DNA of 64,000 bases from an uncultured delta proteobacterium (GCA_963727485.1 CAVSGM010000002.1:864001-928000); one strand, 5' to 3'. Counted from the first letter of the stretch, positions 33,751 through 43,784 are shown. Notes: generated by a model not told the origin, from the letters alone. Made by a program: numbers and translations.

Positions 33751-34095
33751 ATGCCCTCGTTCCGTCGCACCCTCACCACTCTCCTCGCCACCCTCGCCTT
33801 CGCCGCCGGCGTCGGCTTCGCCCTGCCGGCCCACGCCTCGGGCAGCGGCGCCCACGGCCGCAGCCACCACACCTACACCGGCAAGGTGAACGTCAACGCC
33901 GCCTCGGAGACCCAGCTCACCGCCCTGCCGGGGATCGGGCCCGCCAAGGCCAAGCGCATCGTCGCCGCGCGCAAGCACCGGCGCTTCGCCCGGCCCCAGG
34001 ACCTGGTCCGGGTCAAGGGGATCGGCCCCAAGACCGTGCGCAAGCTGATGCCCTACCTGGCGGTGAGCGGGCCCACCAACTTCCGCGAGAAGTAG
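33751..34095 (+). CDS. comEA: ComEA-family helix-hairpin-helix DNA-binding protein, exported
   Basis: Signal peptide; VNVNAAS..QL.ALPGIGPAKA.RI; F....DL.RVKGIGPKT. Confidence 0.9.
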   Translation: MPSFRRTLTTLLATLAFAAGVGFALPAHASGSGAHGRSHHTYTGKVNVNAASETQLTALPGIGPAKAKRIVAARKHRRFARPQDLVRVKGIGPKTVRKLMPYLAVSGPTNFREK

Positions 34096-34178
34096 CCTTC
34101 CTGCGGCCGGGGTCCGGGCCGGCCCGGGCCCCGAGCCGGGGCGTCGCCGCGCGCTGCGGCGTCCCGGCCGCGCCCCGC

Positions 34179-34207
34179 TTGACGGCCCCGGGGCCGGCGC
34201 GTAGCGT
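34179..34207 (+). promoter_or_regulatory. Sigma70-type promoter upstream of the riboswitch
   Basis: TTGACG-N17-TAGCGT. Confidence 0.55.
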
Positions 34208-34224
34208 GGCGCCATTCGAATACG

Positions 34225-34412
34225 TGTGCTGCAGGTGCCCTTGAGACGCGCGTCGCCTCGGGGTTGAAAGGGAAGCCGGTCGAAATCCGGCGCGGTCCCG
34301 CCACTGTAGCCGGGAAGTCCCACGTCACAGGCCACTCGCGAGAGCGGGGAAGGCGACGGGGGGCGCAGCGCCGCGAGGCGCGAGACCCGGGAGCCAGGAA
34401 ACCTGCCTGCGG
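34225..34412 (+). ncRNA. Cobalamin (AdoCbl) riboswitch
   Basis: AGGTGCCC...AAAGGGAAGCCGGTCGAAATCCGGCGCGGTCCCGCCACTGT...GCCACT...GGGAAGGC...GAGCCAGGAAACCTGCC (B12 box); precedes a btu operon. Confidence 0.93.
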
Positions 34413-34476
34413 CCTCCAAGACGGTCCCCACGGGCCGTCCTGGCCATCTCTTCGGTCGAAAGAGGGCAGGCCCCTG

Positions 34477-36540
34477 ATGCATCCGCTCCCCTGTTCGCCC
34501 GTGCCCGGCGACGGGTGCGGGACCCGCCGGCATCCCCCGCCGGTGGACGCCGCGCGCAAGGCGCGCGCAGCCGTGGGTGCGCGCGCGGCGCTGGCGGTGC
34601 TCGGCGCGATGGCCCTGACGGCCCTCCCCGCGTCGCCGGCCCGCGCCGGCGACGACGCCGGCCACGACGCCGGCCACGCGAACCGCGAGCCGCCCCCGAC
34701 GGTGAAGGGCACCCCGGTCACGGTGAAGACCCGGGCCCCGGTCGCCGGCGCCCAATCGCCGACGCGCTCGGGGACCACCGTGGACCTCACCGCGCCCACC
34801 GGCGTCCCCCTCGACCTCGCCGGCCCCCTGGCCCGGGTCCCCGAGGTCGCCCTCCACCGCTACGGCGCCCCCGGGAGCCTGACCACCGTGAGCCTCCGGG
34901 GCACCGCCTCGGACCAGTCGGTGGTCCGCCTCGGCGGGCTGCCCCTCACCCCCCCGGGGGGTGGGACCGTGGACCTCTCGCTGGTCCCCCCGGCGCTCCT
35001 CGGCAGCCTGCGGGTCACCCCCGGCGCCCAGGGGGCGCGGGCGGGCGCCGGGGCCCTGGGCGGGGTCGTCGATCTCGACCCCGTCGGCGCCCGGGGCGGC
35101 CCCGCCCTCTCGGCGAGCGTCACCGGGGGGAGCTTCGGCACCGCCGCCGCCGCGGTGCGCGGGCGCCTCGACGCCCCCACCAGCCGCCTCGCCGCCGCCG
35201 CCACCGTCCAGGCCAGCGCCGGCGACTTCTCCTTCCAGCGCAACCTCACCCCGGCGATCCCCGGGGGGCGCTGGGTCGACGAGACGCGCGCCGGCGCCGC
35301 CAGCCGCCTCGCCGCCGGCCTGGTCCACGCCGTCATGGACGTGCCCGGGGGCACGGTGGCCCTCACCGGCCTCGGCGCCGCCGCCCACCGGCAGGTCCCG
35401 GGGATGGTCGGCTTCCCCACCCCCGGGGCCACCGACGACACCTGGCGGGGCCTGGCGGGCGCCGTCTATCACGGCGCCCCCACCGGCCCCGCCGCCCTCC
35501 GCGTGAGCGCCCGGGGCTGGATGGGCGCCGACGGCGACGCCTACGACCCGGGCCCGACCCCGACCCCCGCCGCCGGGACCGCCGCGACCAGCGCCCGCAC
35601 CGCCGTGGGCGCCGCGGTGAGCGCCCGGGCCCTGGTCCTCGGCCAGGTGGCCGCCGCCCACCTCGAGGCCACCTTCGAGCACCTCGACACCCGGGTCGCC
35701 ACCGCCGAGCGTGCCTCGGCGGCGCTGGTGCTCACCGACACCGCCTGGCTCGCCGGCGACCGCCTCGCCGTCGACGGGGCCCTGCGCCTCGAGGCCTTCA
35801 CCGGCCACGGCCTGGAGGCGCTCCCCAGCCTCGGGGTGCGCGTCCGCCTGGGGCCAGGCCTGCGCCTCGAGGCCAACGCCGCCCGGGCGGTGCGGATGCC
35901 CACCCTCTACGAGCTCCACGCCGACACCGCCCTCATCCGCGCCAACCCCGACCTGGTGCCCGAGACGGCCTGGACCGGCGACCTCGCCGCCGTCCTCCAC
36001 GGCGCCGCCGGGCGGCTCCGGGTCGCGGTGTACGCGAGCCGAGAGCACCAGCTCATCGCCTACGAGCTCTACCCGCCGCTGCGCCTGAGCCCCGAGAACC
36101 TCCGGGACGCGCGGATCGTCGGGGTGGAGGTCGGCGGCCACCTGGCGCTCCCCCTCGGCTTCGCCCTCGACGGCGCCTACGCCTTCACCGGTGCCACCGT
36201 CCTCGGCGACGTCCCCAACGAGTCGGGGCGCGCGCTCCCGGGCCGCCCGCCCCACCGGGGGCTGGTGCGCCTCGCCTTCCACCGCGGCCGGATCGACGCC
36301 TTCATCCAGGGCGAGGCCCAGGCCGCCTACCCCCGAAACCGCGCCAACACCCGCTTCGTCCCCGCCCGCCTTCTTTTCGGCCTCGGCGCCCGGGTGCGGG
36401 TGTGGCGGGGCCTCACCGTGGCCGCCGAGGTGGACAACCTCTTCGACGACCAGCGCCTCCAGGACGTCTTCGGCTACCCGCTTCCCGGCCGCGGCGTCCG
36501 CATCTCCCTGCGCTACACCCTCCCAGGAGCCCAGCCTTGA
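34477..36540 (+). CDS. TonB-dependent receptor, BtuB-like (start codon uncertain)
   Basis: Plug motifs SLRG, V.LGG.PL, GALGGVV; RMPTLYEL, NPDL.PE, DNLFD, YPLPGR; directly after the B12 riboswitch. Confidence 0.85.
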   Translation: MHPLPCSPVPGDGCGTRRHPPPVDAARKARAAVGARAALAVLGAMALTALPASPARAGDDAGHDAGHANREPPPTVKGTPVTVKTRAPVAGAQSPTRSGTTVDLTAPTGVPLDLAGPLARVPEVALHRYGAPGSLTTVSLRGTASDQSVVRLGGLPLTPPGGGTVDLSLVPPALLGSLRVTPGAQGARAGAGALGGVVDLDPVGARGGPALSASVTGGSFGTAAAAVRGRLDAPTSRLAAAATVQASAGDFSFQRNLTPAIPGGRWVDETRAGAASRLAAGLVHAVMDVPGGTVALTGLGAAAHRQVPGMVGFPTPGATDDTWRGLAGAVYHGAPTGPAALRVSARGWMGADGDAYDPGPTPTPAAGTAATSARTAVGAAVSARALVLGQVAAAHLEATFEHLDTRVATAERASAALVLTDTAWLAGDRLAVDGALRLEAFTGHGLEALPSLGVRVRLGPGLRLEANAARAVRMPTLYELHADTALIRANPDLVPETAWTGDLAAVLHGAAGRLRVAVYASREHQLIAYELYPPLRLSPENLRDARIVGVEVGGHLALPLGFALDGAYAFTGATVLGDVPNESGRALPGRPPHRGLVRLAFHRGRIDAFIQGEAQAAYPRNRANTRFVPARLLFGLGARVRVWRGLTVAAEVDNLFDDQRLQDVFGYPLPGRGVRISLRYTLPGAQP

Positions 36541-37715
36541 ACCGTCCGCAGCTTCGCGTCCCCGGCCTCGCCGCCCTCGTGGTCCCCGGCCTCGTCCTCC
36601 TCCTCGCCGCCGCCTGCGGCACCCCTCCGGCGACCGGGGGCGGCGACGGCGGCAGCGGCGACGGCGGCACCTCGCCCACCACCTGGAAGGTCGCCTCGGT
36701 CATCGACCTGGGCAGCGAGTGCACCAACGCCGGCTCGGTGGCGGTCACCGGCACCACCGCCTGGGTGGGGTGCACCGGCGACTACGCCCCCGGGGACGCG
36801 CGCCTGGCCGAGGTGGACCTCGGCACCGGCGCCGTGACCCGCTACCCCATCGCCGGCGCCCCGGGCCCCATCGCCATCGCCGGCAGCGGCGCCCACTACA
36901 CCGTCCTGGTGGGCGACCTCGCCGACGGACGCCTCACCGCCACCGACGTCACCGGCGCCACCGTGGCCACGCCCAGCGACCCGGTGACCCTCTGCCCCGC
37001 CGATCCCGCCAACAACATCTACGACTACCTCGCCGGCCTCGTCCCCGCCGGCAGCGGCGTGGCGCTGGCCAGCTGCTTCGCCACCGACAAGGTGATCCGC
37101 GTCGGCTGGAGCACCCAGGTGGCCGCGGGCAAGACCCGCCTGACCGCCACGGTGCAGGATCACGTGACCGTGGGCGACGGCCCCGGCGACCTGGCGTCCA
37201 TGGGCGGCACCGACGCCCTGGTCCTCGACGGTCTGGCGGCGACGGCGAGCGTGGTCCACGCGGGCACGGCCCTCACCGCCGACGTCGACCGCTACCAGAC
37301 CAGCGACACGCCCAACGCCGTGCGGGTGGACGGCAGCACCGCGTTCGTGGCCAACTCCACGGCCAACACCCTCCTCGCCCTCGACCTCACCTCGGCCAAG
37401 CCCCTCTTCGAGACCCCCACCGGGGACAACTCCAACCCCTGGTCGGTGGCCCTCTCGGGGGGCCAGGCCCTGGTCTCCCTCAACGTCGCCAACGCCGTCG
37501 CCGTGATCGACACCACCACCGGCCACCTGGACCAGACCCTGGCCCTGCCCACCGGCGCCGACCTCAAGCCGTTCCCGGGGAAGACGCCGCTGGGCCGGCC
37601 CCAGGGGATCGCCGCCACCACGGACGGGAAGGTGGTGGTGGCCATGACCAACCTCGACCAGAGCTACGCCGCCGCCGGCGACGGGCTGCTGGTGGTCCTG
37701 GCGCCGGCGAGGTGA
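36537..37715 (+). CDS. Lipoprotein, predicted beta-propeller (YncE/YVTN-like), paralog 1
   Basis: Lipobox LAAAC; blades with VGDGP, P.AV.V....AFVANS..N, P.SVA, N.VAVID; TTG start overlapping the receptor stop. Confidence 0.75.
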   Translation: MNRPQLRVPGLAALVVPGLVLLLAAACGTPPATGGGDGGSGDGGTSPTTWKVASVIDLGSECTNAGSVAVTGTTAWVGCTGDYAPGDARLAEVDLGTGAVTRYPIAGAPGPIAIAGSGAHYTVLVGDLADGRLTATDVTGATVATPSDPVTLCPADPANNIYDYLAGLVPAGSGVALASCFATDKVIRVGWSTQVAAGKTRLTATVQDHVTVGDGPGDLASMGGTDALVLDGLAATASVVHAGTALTADVDRYQTSDTPNAVRVDGSTAFVANSTANTLLALDLTSAKPLFETPTGDNSNPWSVALSGGQALVSLNVANAVAVIDTTTGHLDQTLALPTGADLKPFPGKTPLGRPQGIAATTDGKVVVAMTNLDQSYAAAGDGLLVVLAPAR

Positions 37716-37821
37716 CACCGGCGGGGACGAGGCGCGGCCACCGGTCTATGCTCTAGGGTCAGCACCGAGGTCACCGCCGGTACCGCCTCGCCAGCCGATG
37801 CGGTACCCCAGGAGCCATCCC

Positions 37822-39072
37822 ATGATCCGATCCCCTCGTCCCAGGCTGCTCCTCGCCGCCCTCCTCCTCGCCGCCGGCTGCGCCGGGACCCACCCCGGTG
37901 GCACCGATGGCGGCGGCGCCGGCGAGGGCGGCACCTCCTCCAACTGGCACTGGACGGTCGCCCGCACCTTCGACCTGGGCAGCGACTGCACCAACGCCGG
38001 CGCGGCCACCATGGGCGGCGTCTACGCCTGGGTGACCTGCACCGGCGACTACGTCGAGGGCCACGGCCGGCTGGTGCGGTTCTACTTCAACAACTACACC
38101 CGCCACTCCTACCCCGTCCCCGGCGCCCCGGGCCCGGTGGCGGTCGCCGGGGACAGCACCGGCATCTACACCATGTACGTCGGTGACCTCGCCGACGGCC
38201 GGGTCACCGCCATGGCGGTCCATGACCCCGTGTTCGGGGGCGCCAGCGACCCGGTGATGCCCTGCCCCTCGGACCCGGGGAAGAACCTCTACGACTTCAT
38301 CGGCGGCCTCGGTCCGGTCAAGCCCGTCTCCGCCACCTCCTTCACGCCCGCGAGCTACAGCGAGCTGCTGGTGAGCTGCGCCGCCACCAACCAGGTGGTG
38401 CGCCTCAACGTCTCCGCCTCCTTCAGCAGCAGCGGCAAGACGGTGCTCACCGCCTCCGTCAAGGACCGCATCGCCGTGGGCGCCGCGCCGGGGGACATGG
38501 CCAAGACCACCCTCACCAACCCCCTCACCCAACAGCCTCCCCCCAACAACGACTACATCGTCCTCGATCGGCAGGGCGCCGCGGGGAGCCTGGTCCACGC
38601 CGACGACACCCTCAGCGCCGACGTGGACCGCTACCCGGCCGGCGACACCCCCAACGCGGTGCGGGTCTCCGACGGCATCGCCTACGTGGTCGACTCCGGG
38701 TCCAACAGCCTCCGGGCCTTCTCCCTCGCCGACGGCAAGCCCCTCTTCGAGTCGTCCACCGGCGCCGGCACCCGGCCCTGGTCGCTGGCGGTCACCCGCG
38801 GCAAGGGCGAGGTGCTGGTCACCCTGAGCGGCACCAACGAGGTCGCGGTCTTCGACGCCAGCAGCGGCAAGCTGTTGCAGCGCCTCGCCCTGCCCACGGG
38901 CGCCGCCCTTCACCCCTGGCCGGGGAAGACGGTGGTGGCGCAGCCCAAGGGCATCGTGGTGACCGGAGGCGGAGGCTTCGGGGCGATGGTGGGGGTGATC
39001 ATGAGCAACCTCGACATCGACGGCCAGCCCGCGGGCGACGGGCAGCTCGTGCTCCTCGAGGAGGTGCGTTGA
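37822..39072 (+). CDS. Lipoprotein, predicted beta-propeller, paralog 2
   Basis: Lipobox LAAGC; colinear with paralog 1 (DLGS.CTNAG, CTGDY, GAPGP, VGDLADGR, ADVDRY, DTPNAVRV, KPLFE, LALPTGA). Confidence 0.78.
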   Translation: MIRSPRPRLLLAALLLAAGCAGTHPGGTDGGGAGEGGTSSNWHWTVARTFDLGSDCTNAGAATMGGVYAWVTCTGDYVEGHGRLVRFYFNNYTRHSYPVPGAPGPVAVAGDSTGIYTMYVGDLADGRVTAMAVHDPVFGGASDPVMPCPSDPGKNLYDFIGGLGPVKPVSATSFTPASYSELLVSCAATNQVVRLNVSASFSSSGKTVLTASVKDRIAVGAAPGDMAKTTLTNPLTQQPPPNNDYIVLDRQGAAGSLVHADDTLSADVDRYPAGDTPNAVRVSDGIAYVVDSGSNSLRAFSLADGKPLFESSTGAGTRPWSLAVTRGKGEVLVTLSGTNEVAVFDASSGKLLQRLALPTGAALHPWPGKTVVAQPKGIVVTGGGGFGAMVGVIMSNLDIDGQPAGDGQLVLLEEVR

Positions 39073-40029
39073 CCCGGAGGGACGCCAGGCGCGCCGGGCC
39101 CTGGCGCCGGCTGCCGGCCCTGTTGGCGCTTGCCTGCCTGGGGGCGGGGGCGCGGCCCTCGGTCTACCCCCTGGGCCCGGTGCCCACCGCCCCGGCCCGG
39201 CGGGTGGTCACCCTGGCCCCGAGCCTCACCGACACGGTGCTCGCCCTCGGCGGCGCCAGGCGCCTGGTGGGCGTCACCCGCTACGACACCGCCCCGGCGG
39301 TGAAGAAGCTCCCCCGGGTGGGCGGCTACCTCGACCCCAACCTCGAGGCCATCCTCGGGCTCAAGCCCGACCTGGTGATTCTGCCAGCCCAGCCCGGGGA
39401 ACCAGGGGGTGGTCGAGCGCCTCGCCGCGCTGAAGGTGCCGGTCCTGGTGGTGCGCGCCCACACCCTGGAGCAGGTGGAGGCGATGATCCGCGCGGTGGG
39501 CGCGCGCCTGGGCGTGAAGGACCGCGCGGCGAAGGTGGTCGCCCGCCTCGAGGCGCGCCTCGCCCGGGTGCGCAAGGCGGCGAAGGGCCTCCCCCGGCCC
39601 CGGACCCTCCTGGTCTACGGCCACCACCCCCTGGTGGTCGCCGGCCCCGGGACCTACGGCGACGAGCTCCTGCGCCTCGCCGGGGGACGCAACGTGGTCC
39701 AGGGCGCGGTGACCCCCTACCCCACCTGGCCCCTGGAGCAGGTGATCGCCGCCGACCCCGACGTCATCGTCGACATGGTGGTCGGCGAGGGGAGCGCCCG
39801 GCCTCCGGACTACGCGGCGATGGGCTCCCTCTCGGCGGTGCGCCACCACCGGGTGTTCCACCTCGACGACCCGGCGCTCCAGCACCCCGGGCCCGCCCTC
39901 GGCGACGGGGTGGCGGCGCTCTTCCGGGCGTTGCACCCGAAGCACGGAGGTCGCCTCGCGGGGACGCCCGCCCCGGTCCCGGCGCCTGACGGCGGGACGC
40001 ACGGCGCCGACGGAGGCACGGCCCCATGA
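39069..40029 (+). CDS. Cobalamin ABC transporter substrate-binding protein (BtuF-like); +1 frameshift near 39380
   Basis: RVVTLAPSLTD...LVGVTRYD...VGGY.DPNLE.I..LKPDLV; continues in ORF 39409..40029 (ELL..AGG.N, PDVI, PGP). Confidence 0.85.
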
Positions 40030-41114
40030 GCACCGGTCGCCTCACCGCCGGCCGCTGGCTGGTCGCCATGGGCGCCCTCACCCTCGTGGGCGCGGGCACC
40101 GTGGTCCTCGCGGCGTCGGTGGGCATCGAGCCCCTCCACCTCGCCCGCGCCCTGGCCGCCGGGACCCGCGACCACGTGATCCTCTTCCAGGTGCGCCTCC
40201 CGCGGATCGTCCTGGGGCTCCTGGTGGGCGCGGCCCTCGGCGCGTCCGGCGCCACCCTCCAGGCGATCCTCCGCAACCCCCTGGCCGACCCGTACATCCT
40301 CGGGGTCAGCGGCGGCGCCGCCCTCGGGGGCACCCTGGCCCTGTCCGCCGGGGCGGCGCTGGCGGCGGTGGCCCGGAGCGGGAGCGCCCTGGCCGGGGTG
40401 GCCCGGTGGGCCCTGGGCCCGGGGGGCCACCTGGGGACGGTGCCGGTGACCCTCGCCGCCTGCGCCGGCGCGCTCCTCGCCGTGGGCCTCACCGTCGCCG
40501 TGGCCCGGGGCGCCGGCGGCCTCCACCCCCACAGCCTCCTGCTCAGCGGGGTGGTGTTCAACGCCTTCGCCGCGGCGGTGATCCTCTTCCTGCGCACGGT
40601 GGTCACCGAGGAGAAGGCCCAGGAGCTCCTCTACTGGCTCATGGGCACGCTGGGCTACCGGCCCTGGCACGACCTGGCGGTGATGGCGGCGCTGGTGGCG
40701 CTGGGCACGGCGCTGCTGGTCGCCTGGTCCGGGCGCCTCAACCTCCTCGCCGTGGGCGACGCCGGGGCCCACGTCCTCGGCATCGACGTCGACCGCACCC
40801 GCCTGCTCCTGGTCATCGCCAGCTCCCTGGTGGTGGGCGTGGCGGTGAGCCTCGCGGGGCTGGTGGGCTTCGTGGGCCTGATGGTGCCCCACATCCTCCG
40901 GCTCCTCCTCGGCCCCGACCACCGGCTCCTGGTCCCGGCCTCGGCCCTCGGCGGGGCGGCGTTCCTGGTGGCCTCGGACCTGGTGGCACGCCTGCTCTTC
41001 CGGGCGCTGGGCACCGAGCCCCCGGTGGGGGTGGTCACCGCCTTCCTCGGGGGCCCGTTCTTCCTCTGGCTCATGTCGCGGCGCCCGGTCGCGGGTGGCG
41101 GCGGAGCCGTGTAG
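40026..41114 (+). CDS. FecCD/BtuC-family ABC permease
   Basis: VRLPR, QAILRNPLADPYILGVSGGAA, WLMG.L, GFVGLMVPH, PVGVVTA..GGPFF. Confidence 0.93.
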   Translation: MSTGRLTAGRWLVAMGALTLVGAGTVVLAASVGIEPLHLARALAAGTRDHVILFQVRLPRIVLGLLVGAALGASGATLQAILRNPLADPYILGVSGGAALGGTLALSAGAALAAVARSGSALAGVARWALGPGGHLGTVPVTLAACAGALLAVGLTVAVARGAGGLHPHSLLLSGVVFNAFAAAVILFLRTVVTEEKAQELLYWLMGTLGYRPWHDLAVMAALVALGTALLVAWSGRLNLLAVGDAGAHVLGIDVDRTRLLLVIASSLVVGVAVSLAGLVGFVGLMVPHILRLLLGPDHRLLVPASALGGAAFLVASDLVARLLFRALGTEPPVGVVTAFLGGPFFLWLMSRRPVAGGGGAV

Positions 41115-41124
41115 AGTTCCGTCC

Positions 41125-41587
41125 ATGCTCCGACGCGCCTCCCTCCTCGTCCTCGCGGCCGCCCTCCTCGCCTGCCCCTCGAAGGTGCCCAAGGGCCTGG
41201 ACCCCGGCGCCTTCGTCCGCATCGACTCCCTGGGCCACCCGGTGGTCGAGGTCACCCGGGTCGAGGACGGGGTCCTGGTGTGCCGGCAGATCCCCAGCAT
41301 GATGCCGCGGCGGATCCCCCTCGATCAGAATCCACCACGTCGACCCGGTGAGCGCGGCCCTGGTGGCGCGGATGCGCAGCCTGTCCCACGCCAAGGGCGC
41401 GAGCGCGACGGTGCAGCGCCGGCTCCAGGCCATGGGCGACGACATGGCCCGCAGGACCCAGGAGATGCTGGAGGAGCAGAAGCGCCTCGAGACCAGCCCC
41501 ACCACGCCCCCGATGCCCCAGAACCTCGGGGACCCGTCCCTGGCGCCCCAGGGGCCCCCCGACTTCGACGACAACGGCGGGCCATGA
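41125..41587 (+). CDS. Hypothetical lipoprotein; +1 frameshift near 41330
   Basis: MLRRASLLVLAAALLAC lipobox; C-terminus in ORF 41348..41587, ATGA-coupled to the ATPase. Confidence 0.6.
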
Positions 41588-42411
41588 CCACCGCCCCCGG
41601 GGCCGACGCCGCGCCCCGCCTCGCCGCCCGCGACCTGCGCTTCGCCTACCCCGGCGGCGACCCGGTCCTCGACGGGGTCTCCCTCGACGCCGCGCCGGGG
41701 ACCCTCCTGGGGATCCTCGGCCCCAACGGCTCCGGGAAGAGCACCCTGGTGGGCCTGCTCTGCGGCCTCCACGCCCCGGGCGACGGAGAGGTGCGCGTCC
41801 TCGACCGGCCGCTCGCCGACTGGCCCCGGCGGGCGCTGGCCCAGACCGTGGCCCTGGTGCCCCAGGACGTCGGCGCCTCGTTCCCCTTCACCGTGGAGCA
41901 GATGGTGCTCATGGGCCGCTCACCCCACCTGGGGCCGCTGGGCCTCGAGGGGCAGGCCGACCTCGAGGCCGCCGCCGAGGCGATGCGCGCCACCGGGGTC
42001 GACGCCCTCGCCGCCCGCCCGGTGGACCAGATCTCCGGGGGCGAGCGCCAGCGGGTGCTCATCGCCCGGGCGCTGGCCCAGGCGCCCCAGGTGCTCCTCT
42101 GCGACGAGCCCACCGCCCACCTCGACATCCGCCACCAGATCCGGGTGATGGACCTGTTGTGGCAGCGCACCCGGAACACCGGGCTCGCGGTCGTCACCGT
42201 CCTCCACGACCTCAACCTCGCCGCCGCCTACTGCGACCGGCTGCTCCTCCTCGACGGCGGCCGGCCGGTGGCGCAGGGGCCCGTGGAGGAGGTGCTCACC
42301 TACGCCCACGTGAAGCAGGTCTACGGCACCGAGATCTGGGTGGGGGTCAACGAGCTGACCGGGGCGCGGTTCCTGGTGCCGGTGGCCGGGCACCGGCGGC
42401 CCGGCGGGTGA
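41584..42411 (+). CDS. BtuD/FecE-family ABC ATPase
   Basis: GPNGSGKST, ISGGERQR, CDEPTAHLD, LHDLN. Confidence 0.93.
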   Translation: MTTAPGADAAPRLAARDLRFAYPGGDPVLDGVSLDAAPGTLLGILGPNGSGKSTLVGLLCGLHAPGDGEVRVLDRPLADWPRRALAQTVALVPQDVGASFPFTVEQMVLMGRSPHLGPLGLEGQADLEAAAEAMRATGVDALAARPVDQISGGERQRVLIARALAQAPQVLLCDEPTAHLDIRHQIRVMDLLWQRTRNTGLAVVTVLHDLNLAAAYCDRLLLLDGGRPVAQGPVEEVLTYAHVKQVYGTEIWVGVNELTGARFLVPVAGHRRPGG

Positions 42412-42497
42412 CCGGGGCGCGCATTGCCCCGGGGCCCCGCCGGCCCGGGCGTTGCAGGTCCTGACGGGGATCGTAGACTCGGGGCAGGAGCCTCACG

Positions 42498-43784
42498 ATG
42501 GCGGACGCGGACAGGAGAGGGAGCCGGCGGGCACCGGGCCGGTTGGCCGGGGCGCTGGGGATCTCCGTCCTGGTGCACCTGGCGCTGCTCCTGCTGGTGT
42601 TCGTGACCTGGCCGCGCCTGGAGACCCTGCCGCGTACCGAGATCACCGAGATGGTCCTGGCGCCACGCCCCGCCGAGCGTCGCCCGGCGCGGATGGTGCC
42701 CCAGCCTGCGTCGCCGGCGACGCACCGGGCGCGGGCGGCACACCCCCGGCCCGCGCATCGGCCGACGCATCGGTCGGCGCATCGGCAAACGCGCAGGGCG
42801 GCCCCCCCGCGCCGGACCCCCGCACCTCCGCCGGCTTCGTCGCCAGCCCCGCCCGAGACCGCCGCGGCGACGCCGGCGCCGTCCCGGGCCGAGGCCCCAC
42901 CCCCGTCCCCCGAGGGCACCGGCCCGCCGGCGGCCCCGGCCCCGGCCCCCGGCAACGCCCGGCCCATGGACCTCTTCGCCCCCGAGGCCCTGGCGAAGGC
43001 CACCGGCACGAAGGCCGAGTTCGACGGCGACCCCGACGCCCTCACCAGGGCGCGCATCACCCGGCGCATCCACGACTACATCGCCGGCCTCAAGGCCCGG
43101 GACCGGGTGGCCACCGGCCTGGTCGACCCCTACTTCGGGCGGCTGCGCGACCGGCTGGCCCAGGGCTTCAAGCCCACCTGGACCCAGTTCGACCCGGCCC
43201 ACGCCCAGGGCCTGGGCAACGCGGTGATCGCCTGGCTCAAGGACTGGCAGTCGACCGCCAGCCGCTACGCCCTCACCGGGAGCCCCTACCACCAGGGCGA
43301 GACCTACACCGGCCGCATCGGCCCCGACGACCTCGCGGGCACCGAGGGCCTCGCCGAGCACGACTACCAGATGCGGATGCGCCAGTACGCGCAGATCCAC
43401 GACTACCTGCGCGACGCGGTCCACGGGAAGGCCTCGGGGATGGAGCTGCTCGCCTTCGTCAAGGTGACCCAGGCCGACGACGGCCGGCTCCTCCACGTGG
43501 AGCTCACCCATCCGTCCGGGGCCGACGGCTACGACGCCTACGTGGTGCGCTCGGTGAAGCAGGCGCTCAAGGGCAGGCTGCCCCCGGCGCGGCGGGGCAC
43601 CGGCCTGGGCCTGAAGCAGCACCGCATCGTGAGCCTCTGGGCCTTCCGGACCCGGTTCGTGGTGGTGCCCCCGGTGCCCGGGGTCGGCTGCGACATCGGC
43701 ACCAACCTCGACAAGCTCGGCAAGTGCTACTACCCGCTGGAGAAGGTGGTCTGGCCCCACCTCCAGCTCGTGGCGGTCTACTAG
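42498..43784 (+). CDS. TonB-like protein (N-terminal TM, Pro-rich linker, TonB_C-like C-terminus)
   Basis: TM with SVLVH (SxxxH); Pro/Ala-rich spacer; V.Q..DG.L..VEL..PSG...YD. Confidence 0.65.
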   Translation: MADADRRGSRRAPGRLAGALGISVLVHLALLLLVFVTWPRLETLPRTEITEMVLAPRPAERRPARMVPQPASPATHRARAAHPRPAHRPTHRSAHRQTRRAAPPRRTPAPPPASSPAPPETAAATPAPSRAEAPPPSPEGTGPPAAPAPAPGNARPMDLFAPEALAKATGTKAEFDGDPDALTRARITRRIHDYIAGLKARDRVATGLVDPYFGRLRDRLAQGFKPTWTQFDPAHAQGLGNAVIAWLKDWQSTASRYALTGSPYHQGETYTGRIGPDDLAGTEGLAEHDYQMRMRQYAQIHDYLRDAVHGKASGMELLAFVKVTQADDGRLLHVELTHPSGADGYDAYVVRSVKQALKGRLPPARRGTGLGLKQHRIVSLWAFRTRFVVVPPVPGVGCDIGTNLDKLGKCYYPLEKVVWPHLQLVAVY

